DNA of 63,933 nt, the filler included, from Octopus bimaculoides (Eukaryota): NCBI RefSeq assembly GCF_001194135.2. It is 6 parts of 5 records of this genome, joined end to end, with 100 filler letters (N's around TTAATTAATTAA, not from the genome) between each part and the next. Parts side by side here need not be neighbours in the genome. Positions count along the whole stretch, not along the records: positions 1 to 27,914 come from NC_068982.1; 5 more parts are not named here. One strand, given 5' to 3'. The notes under the pieces were generated by a model. It had not been told where the DNA came from. It was given only the letters and a program-made list of their open reading frames with translations, and searched no databases. The position numbers and the translations under genes were made by a program. Below are positions 1 through 12,523 of the stretch, piece by piece; position 1 is the stretch's first letter; every line of letters begins with the position of its first letter.

Positions 1-21
1 ATATATATATATATATATATA

Positions 22-833
22 CAGTAATGTCTCGGTATACGAATTAATTTGTTCCCGGAGACCTCTCGTAAAGCGAAACTCGTGAAGTGCAGCAATAAAT
101 TTCTATACTAGCGATGTAAAAAATCGTAATTCCTTCGTAGGAGAATATTTTATCGATAAAATTTATAATACTCGTAAATAAATGACAAGAACACAATAGT
201 AGAATGTAAAGCATATTTTATTTAAAGTAACAAGAATGTCAAGGTCATTTATAATAAAAAAAATATCATTATCATCATCGTTTTCTGAATCACTTTCACT
301 CGCACTAGACTCGCACTTGTAGACGCGATCGCCGATTTACAAGCACACGTAGATGGACTTGTAGGTTTCTTTAAAAAAATAAAAAAACAGATCTAGAGTT
401 GTTTGCTTAGAAGAAGCTTTTTATCGCTCTCTATAAATTTCTCGGTATCAGGCAGAAGCATTTGTTATAGCAGTAGAAACTTTTGCACTTCTGAAGGCAG
501 TGAGCAGGCAGAAACGTTAGCACGCCGGGCGAAATGCTTAGCGGTATTTCGTCTGCTGTTACGTTCTGAGTTCAAATTCCGCCGAGGTCGACTTTGCCTT
601 TCATCCTTTCGGGGTTGATAAATTAAGTACCAATTACGTACTGGGGTCGATGTAATCAACTTAATCCCTCTGTCTGTCCTTGTTTGTCCCTTCTATGTTT
701 AGCCCCTTGTGGGCAATAAAGAAATAAGAAACTTTTGCACTTCGTTCAAAATTCGGATCTTAAGCTTGAAAAATAAAACTCGTGAACTCGGGGTCTCGTA
801 AAGCAGAACTTCGTAAAGTGAAGTATTACTCTG
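22..833. mobile_element. pogo/Tigger-like non-autonomous DNA transposon, interrupted by a SINE
   Basis: TA then cagtaatgtctcggtatacgaa at the left end; the right end ttcgtaaagtgaagtattactctg is its degenerate reverse complement. Subterminal ctcgtaaagc repeats. Sits in a TA tract. Confidence 0.65.
492..726 (+). mobile_element. tRNA-derived SINE family 1 (tail type C) with 17-bp TSD
   Basis: A-box-like ggcagaaacgttagc, B-box-like gagttcaaattcc, central gcctttcatcctttcggggttgataaa, tail gtgggcaataaagaaata. TSD agaaacttttgcacttc at 475-491 and 727-743. Confidence 0.9.
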
Positions 834-841
834 TGTGTGTG

Positions 842-875
<34 letters not shown>

Positions 876-1859
876 TATGGTTTTTCATATGTTTTATATG
901 TGTGTGTTTGTGTTTGCGCGCGCGTATTTGTGCGGGTTAGTACTTGCGTATCTCTTTAAATCGAGCCTGTTAAATGTAGTTGTGTAGACAATGGCCATAA
1001 ATGTAGCATATAGGAGAAAGAAAAAAAAGAACAATACAAACGTCATTCGCTAATGTAAATCTGTTTTAGAGACTGGAAAGAGTTGATTGATTAAATGCGC
1101 GGTATATTGCAAGATGGATCGAAAGATAGTGTCATCTATATGCAAAACTGATGTTTGCAAAGTTGTATGACAGCTTGTAGTGCCATGTAATATGTCAGGT
1201 CACTGGATTTTCCATGTTAAAAGCTTTAAAGTCTTATAGTTTAACATCTTTCTTTCTTAATACTTTGATTTTGTTTCAATATTATATTAAATATTTTAGG
1301 CAAGCGAAAATATATTGTAAATAAATTGAAAATTACATAGATATGCACAGATGTTTGTATGTATGTATGTTCTATTTTTATAATTGTACGTATATGTATT
1401 TATGCATGTATGTATGTATGTTACATACACATGCATACACAAATATATGGAATTCATATATGTGCTGGGTGTATATGCTGTATATTTTCTCATATCTGCA
1501 CATACATCTTGGCGATGGACACAATGAAAATTTACAATATACAGTAACATATATAGACATACAGAAAATTATGTGTATATCATCTTTCTCTCTATTCATA
1601 GCCAATTCTTAAACTTGTCAAATGATTAATCTTGTATTCACATTAAAACCTAACCACAGAACAAACCTACAACTGAGTTTGCTGTAATTTTGCAATCCCT
1701 TCCATTTATTTACAATGGTTGCAGTTATTATGAACACATGCCTGTAATTAATCCAAGTCTTTAGTTTTGATTTTCTCTGAAAATGAGCACATAAATGTCT
1801 CTCAATATTCCTCAATTAAGCAAGCTAAGGTGTTTTAAAATCTTTTTCACAAAATTAAA

Positions 1860-2075
1860 TCATTCACTGGAGTTACTGGTGCAGCAAAGAGGAGGATCAT
1901 ACATTTCATCACAGAACCCGATGAAAAGGTTACTATTTTGGGTAAAGAAAGCAGACCGGTAGTTTATTGTCACTGGTATGCAAGCTGGGGCTTGATCAAT
2001 TCTGGCTACGTCAACTGGGTGAGCGTGTTTGATGTTGAAAGACCTGAAGGCTCAAGAAACATCACTGATGATGCC
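1860..2075 (+). mobile_element. 3' end of a HERO-like (restriction-like endonuclease) non-LTR retrotransposon, decayed
   Basis: Reads GVTGAAKRRIIHFITE, then with a frameshift RLLFWVKKADR*. This resembles the HERO C-terminus (GITGAAKRRAI..ITEAAEKASRWLWIKR) as I recall it. Followed by the 3' UTR-like gatgttgaaagacctgaa...catcactgatgatg. Confidence 0.6.
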
Positions 2076-4361
2076 TCTCAAGGTATCAACGAGAAGTTTT
2101 GGGGGACTAAAAATTATTCGTTATTCATAGTATTTTCCTGAGGATGTATTGACAGAAATATCTTTTGGCATTATCGATACACAGACACAAACATACATAA
2201 AGAGAAGCAAGCACGAACACAAAATACATACAATTATGACACGAGTTTATTATTGTTTTAAGAGACATAAATAAGTATAAATCTATACTTATATTAATAC
2301 TTATTGATTTTCAGAGGTTGATAGCTGAGACTTTGCCTGGGTGACTACATTAGAAAAAAAACATATCCAGATCATGCTGTTATACACCACACTTATGTGA
2401 AATGAGGCACAATAGAACAGTTTAATGCATATGAATTTGCGACCCATGAGCCGGTACATCAATATGTTAGCTATTCATCCATCTAGTTTATACACAAATA
2501 TTTGTTGTTGCTGATGTTGCTTAGCACCTGGTCAACCATGATGGAGCAGTTTTATGAATAAGAGTATTCAATCCATGACCTTCCTATTTATTTTTTACGG
2601 GCAAGAAACCCAGGTCCACACTGGAGAACACGTCTTTCTTAAGACGGCAGTTATTATTAAAGAAAAGTGGTTCTTCATGTTTACGTTAGAAAACAAATTT
2701 TATCAAAATCTCTTTACCTCAAAGTACAAGCTGATGGAGAGGTGGAGAAATGCTGAAGCAGAAGAAAAAATAGGAACAGGAGCAGAAATTCAGTGGTCAA
2801 CATTAAAATTCTACCTGGGTTGAGTTTTCAAATGTCTTAGCAATAAAACAATAATCAATCATATTGTATTGAGTGAATCATTCAATTAAACATTTCTTTT
2901 CTGTCGCATACGAAAAAGCTTTTGACATGTTAAAATGAATCACGATAGAGTGAATTCATTAAAGGACTTTTTTTGTGCTCTTGAATAAGAATATTTCTTT
3001 AACTTATCCAAACTATAACATCATCCATACTATAGCATATTCTGTAGCGTAAAGTACTTAACTCAAATTGCTTTAGTTTAACTGGAAAAACTTAGCAACA
3101 CGCTACAACCACTACTAAGTGACACGCCGTTTCTTTTCTATGTCTTTTCTACCACTACTACTGTAGGTTCTGCTGTTCTGAACTATTAACCAGCATTCCA
3201 TCTCTAAAGAAACCAGCTTGATGTATTTACTTCTCATCTCTCAGACATCATATTAAACATTTTACCTCATCATACTTTCCTAGAGCTTCAGCCGCATCGA
3301 ATTTATTCTTTCCTCTCGTTTTTCTTAGAGTCATAAGAGTGACACAGATTGTAATCAATGCGTCAACTGCATTGCTCTGCTCAATCTAGGAAAGCCTGTA
3401 AAGAACTTGGGCGCTTTCCTTTTCTCTGAACGAATAATTTTAAATTTTCAATGCAGATTGGAAATAATACTGTAAAAGTAATCTGTCAGTATATAATATT
3501 ACTAAGGAAACAAGAGGTTAAGATCAAATGAAAAAACAAAATACGTATCACCAGAATGGGTTATATTCTGTAAAACATAAGAATAGCTGTTCTATTATTT
3601 CAAAAAAACAATTGAAAATGAAGTGTTCTTAAAATGAAAAGCAATTAAATATCGCAAAATTTAACTAAAGTAGTTAATTATAAGAAAAGACAAAAAAAAA
3701 GTAAATGAAAAAAACCCCAAAAAAACAATAGTAACTGAGAAAATAAATAACGAAAACTGACAGAGAAGATGATAGGTGCCTGCAGCCACCACATCAGTTG
3801 AGAATCGATCAACGACAACGGCAACGACGACAACAATAATAACAACAATGAGAGCAATAGTAACACCAACAAAAAGAAGCATTTATCTTTTCTTCGTTTC
3901 TTATATGTCCAATAGAGAAAATCTCATTTCACCGCTCTTTCTTTGTCATGGTTACAACAACAAATGTAAAACACAACTATTATAAAATCTCTTTAATAAT
4001 AATGAAAAAGACGAGGAACAAGAAAGAATTGGAAAGAAAGACAAAAAAATCAAAGAGAAAAAAGATAAAGAAAAGTGAAAAATAAAAGAAAACTTTGATG
4101 AATTGACAGATGAATTCAGGAAAACTGAAAGGTATAATAGATAGGTGCGATGAAACAATGACTGTTATGGTTGAGTTTTGATGGATTTTACGAAAAGAAT
4201 AAGATAAATAAAAGTATAAAAATAAAAAAGAAACATAAATCTCACCCCCTCCTCTCACAATTTAGCTTTGTAAAACAAGTAGCACAAAAAATTAAACTAT
4301 TCAAATATTCAATTTTATGTAGGTGTTCTCTGTCTGTTTGACTGTCTGTCTCTATCTCCCC

Positions 4362-4411
<50 letters not shown>

Positions 4412-4469
4412 TGCATACACATATATGTGGTTCTGTATGTATATGGATGTATCTGTGTATATATGTGTA

Positions 4470-4514
<45 letters not shown>

Positions 4515-5786
4515 TGATTAAATGATTAAAACATCTGTAAGTAGTACGTGAAACATTTGTCAATACATACATAAAACCTGATAAATTACTTGGTTACTTC
4601 GTCTGTGTGAAATATTTATAAATGTCTGTTGTTCTTGGTTGACTTTTTGTAATTAGTGGTATCAATAAACTGGTAGTTAACACTACTGCCTTAAGTAGAA
4701 GGCAGAAAAAATGGCGGTCATGACGTTTATACTTTTCCCCAAGAGCACTGACAACTATAATGAAGTGAAATATTTGCAACCAGGAACAGAAAGTGCGTAG
4801 TTGACCCATAACTCAAATAGCGTACATTCTTCTATGCATGTATACATAGATGTTTGTGATTTAATTTTCTTCACTTGCGTTTAGTATAATCAAATGCGAC
4901 ACTAAACTAGTAGAGTACACGTCAATATAACCATTTATAATAATGTTACACTAACCTAGTCATCTGTTTTATTCTAATTAAACGAAACAACGATGGACTG
5001 AATTACAACAGAATAAGATTCGTATATGGATATTTGTAGTAATGTAGAACAGACAGTGAAAATTGACGTCATATGACTCTAAAATTAAATACTGAAGTTA
5101 CAGTAGAAAATGCAGATAATATAGCAAAGCGGTAAAAGAACAACTGAAACTGAACAATTGATTTCAGCAGTTTTCAGATCATGTTCGTTTAAATTATAAC
5201 ATTAGGATAAATCATATAGATCTTGTCATTTTATAGCAAATATACACACCTGGACACATTGAGATATTTAGGATGGTGATAATTATTGTCCTCAGTGGTG
5301 CATAGAACACAAGGTTGTTGTAGAGATACATGCTAAATGATGTGCTAAATGATGTAGATAGTATTTAGTGCTGAGCTAAAGATATTTTGTAGGGAAAAAA
5401 AAAACTTAAGCAGTCGATAAGTTTGAATTTTCTATCCATCAGTCAGCATTCTTCATCCATCCACCCATCCAAGAGAATTCCTGAGAAGTTTCAAAGTGTT
5501 GCGGAAATAACACAAAATTTCTATTACTGTCATTATATCAGAGTAGTTGGAGACAAGATTCTCTCTCTACATCCGTAAAGGAAACTTGCAAGGAAATTTT
5601 TGTTCTCACGAAAGTTCATTAGCCAAACAAGATGCGTTGGCTGTGAGACATTGTTAACTATAGAAGGGAGTGCAAAGGAAATTTTCAAACTAAGGACAAC
5701 GTATGTTATGCAGAAACACTAAATATACAAGAAATTTGTTCAGGAAAGTAGGTGTTATATGTTGCAACAGAAATCTCTACTATACC

Positions 5787-6011
5787 TTATGTATGTATGT
5801 ATGCACATATGTATGCATGCATGTATGTATGTACGTATGTGTGTATGTATGTATGTATGTATGTATGTATGTATGTATGCATGCATGCATGTATGTATGT
5901 ATGTATGTGTATGCAAAACCTCTACTTCTGCTCGCCTCGTCACACTTCAAAATCACTGTTAACCTCTCCCTTGTAAAAGTTTAATAAGCATGTAACGTTA
6001 AATTGTACACA

Positions 6012-6049
<38 letters not shown>

Positions 6050-6080
6050 TACACACACGCGCACACACCACACACACACA
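5787..6080. repeat. (TATG)n and (CA)n microsatellites, representative of dozens across the window
   Basis: Direct reading; (TA)n, (CA)n, (GA)n, (TATG)n and (TATC)n tracts occur roughly every kb. Confidence 0.95.
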
Positions 6081-6404
6081 TCTTTTCAGAAAAAAAAAAC
6101 TCAAACAGATTAAAAAGAAGAGAAAAAGAATAAGAACAAAAACAACAATAAGAGAGTGTAATATTATCGTTAAGAGACAAAGTACAATCGAAATGTTTAA
6201 CCGTATTGCATCTCACGTCATATTAGGTGATATATAATGACCGACGGGGACCTTTCACCGACACAAGAAGAGGAGTTGTGATTGTGGCCAATCCGTATGT
6301 GGAGAGACGGAGCAAAATTAAGCAAATCAAGCTAAAAATGCTCACCGCCTTCCTGCCAAACAAACTATAACTATTATTTGGAAAAGGTTACTCCATGCTT
6401 GGAA

Positions 6405-6435
<31 letters not shown>

Positions 6436-6803
6436 CTAGGAAAGAAGTGTTGAAGCAAGCATGTGGAAAATGTAAGTAGTATCATTTATATATGGGTAGA
6501 GGTGTCTCAGCGGAGCGTAGGGAGCAAGGGATAGCGAAGCTCAAATAACAAGAAACGAACAATGGAATAACGAAAGCATTGCTAGCGACATTTGGCATTA
6601 TATTGGGCACGATGATGTTATAGCATTGGCGGAGAAGTGGATAAAATGTTTCACACGGACCTGGCGGGAACAGATCAATAGCCTTTCATGAGGAGAATAA
6701 TAATAAAAAAATAAAAACTGACTGACCACTAGTAAAAAAAAAGGCATAAAACAAAAAGCAATTAGCGATGGCATCAATAACAAATGGATGGGTTAAGTGA
6801 TTA

Positions 6804-6838
<35 letters not shown>

Positions 6839-6866
6839 GATATAATGTATGGAACGGCTTGGTGAT

Positions 6867-6924
<58 letters not shown>

Positions 6925-7279
6925 AAGAAGAGAAGGAACCGTTTGATCCCTCTTTTCTTTTCCCTGTGTTAGTTTGATTGTCTCTCTCATTAAGAAAAAG
7001 ATATTATAGAGACTTAGGTACTGATAGACCCGTACAAATAAACACTCATGTACACGCACACACGCACACACGCACACACGCACACATACACACAAATATA
7101 CGCATACACACATACTCACTCACATTCATATACTTATATACACAAACAGTAGTACGCTTACATTAGCAAGCACGCACATAAAATACAGGCGAGAGGACAA
7201 AGAATTTGCACATCTTTGCAGACAAATAATTGCAATCACATATAGTAATCAAAACACAAACACGAACACAAATAGAATT

Positions 7280-7358
<79 letters not shown>

Positions 7359-7740
7359 AACACGCAACACCATATGCTCACAATGTGAGTGGTATATACA
7401 TGGACAAAGTTTGTCAGGGAACATCAAATACACATACCCACACATACACACACCCACACGAATACATGCAAATACACACACACACGCATACACTAAATAG
7501 TAAATAAACATATATAAACACAATGACACATGCACATAACTACAGACAAACACATACATGCATCCATCCGTCCACATATACGCTCAAAGACTCACAATCC
7601 GGCCGGATGTATATACAGACTGCAGATAATGAATTGAGACACATAGAAATGACACAATTTCTCACGTACCCACACTCACTCATACAACCACACACACATA
7701 CTTGCCCGCGCATACATACTCATGAAAACAGAAAAAGCTG

Positions 7741-7793
<53 letters not shown>

Positions 7794-8140
7794 TCTCAGA
7801 CACTCATAACTATAAAAATGAAGTGCATCACAGAGCACAAAGATCGTGCGTTGATTTGATATGTGCCACTGAATTTATTATTTTCTGTTAATCCTAAAGA
7901 ATTATAAAGGATTAATTTAATAAACCTTTCGGTTAACGAATTAGTTCAGATGTCTTTACTGTTTTTTCCCTTCTTTTCTCTTTTATTGACCATTTACGGC
8001 CATTTCATTTTGTGTGACTATGTAGCTTTCTTGTCATTCAACACTTTTGGTATTACGTACGTACAATATATATCAATATATATATATATATATACATATA
8101 TACACACATACATGTATATGTATACATACATATACATATG

Positions 8141-8216
<76 letters not shown>

Positions 8217-8217
<1 letters not shown>

Positions 8218-8460
8218 GGTAGCGCGTAGCTTAGAAGTTTTGGTGTTGTGTTCATGATCATAAAAATGTGGTTTCGAATCCTGGACCGGGAGATGCGTTG
8301 TTCTTGAATAAAAAAAAACTTCATTTCGCGTTGTTCCAGTCCACTTAGCTTGCAAAAATGAGTAATCCTGCTGTGGCAGACAAGCGTTATGTCCAGTGGG
8401 TGAATATATTCGCTACAGAAACCGAGGAAGCGGCCTAATTAATCTGTGGCTTGGGAGAGA
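8217..8460 (+). mobile_element. tRNA-derived SINE family 4, diverged
   Basis: B-box-like ggtttcgaatcc. The block ttcatttc(g/a)cgttgttccagtccacttagct..aaaatgagt recurs at 61495-61540. Confidence 0.55.
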
Positions 8461-8469
8461 CCTTTGATC

Positions 8470-8523
<54 letters not shown>

Positions 8524-10789
8524 NNNNNNNNNNAAATATATATACATACACATATATACATATATGTATAAATCTGCGTAATCATATTTAATAGAGATGT
8601 ATCACGTAAATTCAAATTTACTGCGGTATTTGTCTGGAGATAACATCTTGATGTGTTAAATAAAACAAAAGTATATCAGTAGGAGAGGAAAATCATCCAG
8701 CAGCTGTGACGTGAATGCTAGATGTTCATTTCTGCCTTCTTTGGTCTTCTTCAGCATTATATATCCGCTGGCCACTGCATGCAAGGCAAAATGTCTCGTT
8801 ACAGTGATTGATAAATCACTGACGTTGCAATTAGCCGCTCAGCTGAATAAAATTTCGTTATGTTAAAGAGAAGCAGTATTTTAGACTTATATGTATTTGT
8901 TCATTCACACAGAATGCATATAAGCACTTATCTCAACGAATGTATTAAATTCATGGCTTTAGTTTTTGTGAAAGTGATAGAATAGAAAATAGGATAACAA
9001 ACACAGTAAGTACAGTTAGTTGCTAAATCTTAACAGTTTCTCTCATTTGTTTTGTCCTAAATTGTTAAACTGATAGTAACGTGGATTTGAATCTGATAAT
9101 TTAATAATTTTCAGAAATTTAGCTTGATAGTAAAAAATAAGACCATTAAATCTAATTTTGATAATATTATTAATGAAAATAAAATTCGTATTCAGAATTT
9201 GACTGATTGTTCTTAGATACCTGAGATTATGTAATTATTGAAGCTACTTTTTATGACTTCCTCGCAATCCAAATTTTAGGTGATTAAGGAAGGAAAAGAA
9301 TTCCTGATTGAATAAACTCTTAACTTTTTATGTTAGCAACGTTCTTTGATTTATAATACAGTTCGAAAATCAAGATTTCTTATATGAACATAAACTTTCA
9401 GACTTAAATCAGTCACGCGATGTTATAATGCTTTCGATTTTCTCAGGAGTATTAGCACTAAAATTCAGCTTAATTAATCTATCACTACGTAAATAAATCA
9501 CTAATTAAAACTTACAAGTAATTCTTATACTGAAGAATAGCATATCTTGTACTCTCATTTCATACTTTACTCTCTTTGAAAATATAGCAGTGTTGACTGA
9601 TTGCAGTTGAATCAGTTCATAAATGCTGTATTTATTAAAACGTGTGACTTTCAAGCACTGAACCGTGTCATTTGATACGTAAAACCCATTAAAGCACTGA
9701 TTCTGTATATTATACATTTCGACACTCTAAAGAGAAAATATAACTTCAGTATCGATGAAAGAGCTCACGGGATGTCTGTTATTTGAAATACTACAAACCG
9801 AAAATGAACTGCAAAAACCAATAAATCAATAAATAAATATCTACATAATTAAATAAAAACTAAAATTATTCTATTTCAGATTTCAACCATGCAAAAGAAT
9901 TGAACCCTGTGAGACAGGAAATGTAAGCAAGGAAGCTACATAGAACCTCAAGTCGTCATAGCTGGAGACACAGCGGACATGTAAAGGTAAAGTTATGGAT
10001 CACCGTGCTTACATACCTGCAAACAACCAATCTCACACATATACACATTAAAATTTCCCAAAGATTTTTGTCACTTTACATTCGTGTACACATTCAAAGC
10101 TTCTATCGTGTTTACAGTATTTTTCTCAATTTGTACACAAGTTTATAGTAATCTGAACATAGGTCTCTACTTCTTTACTAATTCTATATTTAGGATGTTT
10201 ACACGAAATAGTCAATAGTTTATTCAAAACGTGAACGATATTAAAAAACACGAGGACATAGCAATACAGACGTCTCTGTTAGCACACAATATCATTAAAA
10301 CGCTCCATAAAAGAACAGGAAATTTTGCCATTGTCTGACTCTTGCATGTCTGACGCATGTGTTTAGTTTGTTTTATTTTTCATGTAAAGTGTAAAATACA
10401 ATACGCTATGTGTAAGCTGAGACGAAGCATAAACCCTCCATTTAACTTACAAGTCAATATAGGCTGAAGAATAATAGCTATAATTCTCAGTAGAAGTATC
10501 GGAAACATGGAGCAAACTTAAACAACTGGAACGAATTCACGTTTGACAAGATGGGGAACATCGAACAGATTTAAGCACAAGTTAACAAAGCAAAACAAAG
10601 AAAACAACACTTGTAGGCATGCGCAGGCGCAAGCGTCCTATTGTTAGTTGATTCATTTTGTCTGTTGATGTATGTAGAAAAAGGAGCAGTTTCAACTATC
10701 GCTAGATGTGTCCAGCCGACATAATATTATTGTGTGAAGTGAACTGAGAGAGAGAGAGAAGAAGGAGGGAGAGAGAGGGGGAGAAGAGG

Positions 10790-10822
<33 letters not shown>

Positions 10823-11081
10823 TGAGAGAGAGAGAAAGAGAGAAAGAGAGAGAGCTAAAAGGATTATTAAAAACGGCTCGACAGCGTTCGATCACGGAAC
10901 TTCACATTGTGAATTCAACTATGAGGGCAAACAACTGTATGGGGAATTTAATTGATTTTTTCCCCGTTGTTTTTATCTATCTTTGACTAGATGTCTTATG
11001 GTCAAAATTTAGCTCCTCATGCACACACGCACACAAACACACACACGTACATGCACACACACGCACACACACGCCCGCCCG

Positions 11082-11140
<59 letters not shown>

Positions 11141-11299
11141 GCGTACATCTAAACACGCATATTCGCAGAGGTATTTAATGGGACTTTCTGGTTGAGAGGG
11201 CACTCAGAATATTCAAATAATCAACTTCCTAAGATAATTTTAAAATGGGTATCCCAGTTTCCTTTATCTTATACAAAAATGATATGATAGAGGTGTGTT

Positions 11300-11336
<37 letters not shown>

Positions 11337-11393
11337 AAGAGAGATAGAGAAAGATAGAAAGAGAAAGAGAAAGAAAGAGAGAAGGAGTGTGTT

Positions 11394-11426
<33 letters not shown>

Positions 11427-11507
11427 AAAAGAGAGATAGAGAAAGATAGAAAGAGAAAGAGAGAGAAAGAGAGAGAAAGAGAGAAAGAGAAAGAAAGAGA
11501 GAAGGAG

Positions 11508-11578
<71 letters not shown>

Positions 11579-11773
11579 ACGACTGTGTGAGGGTGAAAGG
11601 ACAAGTAATGATACCATTGACATAATTCCACTACATTGTAAGATGCGGTGGAATTATGTTAGCAGAAATTCGACGAAACGTTTTACCACTTCATAATAGA
11701 CTGTACTATTAATAAATAAATGAAAGGGGAATACAGTATGTTCTTAAATGTCTAAAATGCATCTTCGACGATG

Positions 11774-11832
<59 letters not shown>

Positions 11833-11879
11833 ATATACGCACACACTCATACAACTACGTATTTTCCAGACATTGTTGG

Positions 11880-12057
11880 GGAGCTGGCAGAATCGTTGGC
11901 ACGCCGGGTAAAATGTTTAGCGGTATGTCGTCCGTCTTTACGTTCTGAGTTCAAATTCCACCGAAGTTGATAAAATAAAGGTAGCAGTTGAGTGCTGGGG
12001 TCGAAGTAATCGACTTAACCACCCCCTAAATTTGCTGGCCTCGTGTCAAAATCTGAA

Positions 12058-12058
<1 letters not shown>
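11880..12058 (+). mobile_element. SINE family 1 (tail type B), internally deleted
   Basis: Same head and B box as 492-726; tail aaatttgctggcctcgtgtcaaaatctgaaa. Confidence 0.85.
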
Positions 12059-12102
<44 letters not shown>

Positions 12103-12160
12103 TATACACATATACTTATACACATACACGCACACACACACACATGTAGATCGTATATGA

Positions 12161-12523
12161 TGGAGCCGCAATGGGCAGTGGTTAGGGCAGCGGACTCGTA
12201 GGATCGCGGTTTCGATTCCCAGACCGGGCGTTGTGAGTGTTTATTGAGCGAAGACACCTAAAGTTCCACAAGGCTCCGGCAGGGGATGGTGGCGAACCTG
12301 CTATACTCTTTCATCACAACTTTCTCTCACTCTTTTTTCCTGTTTCGGTTGTACTTTTATTTCAAAGGGCCAGCCTTGTCACACTCTCTGTCACGCTGAA
12401 TATCCCCGAGAACTACGTTAAGGGTACACGTGTCTGTGGAGTACTCAGCCACTTGCACGTTAATTTCATCAGTTGATCGGATCAACTGGAACCCTCGTCG
12501 TCGTAACCGACGGAGTGCCAACC
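12161..12523 (+). mobile_element. tRNA-derived SINE family 3
   Basis: Near-collinear with 61055-61426; B-box-like ggtttcgattccc; ends acggagtgccaac; short TSD atatga(tgg). Confidence 0.88.
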
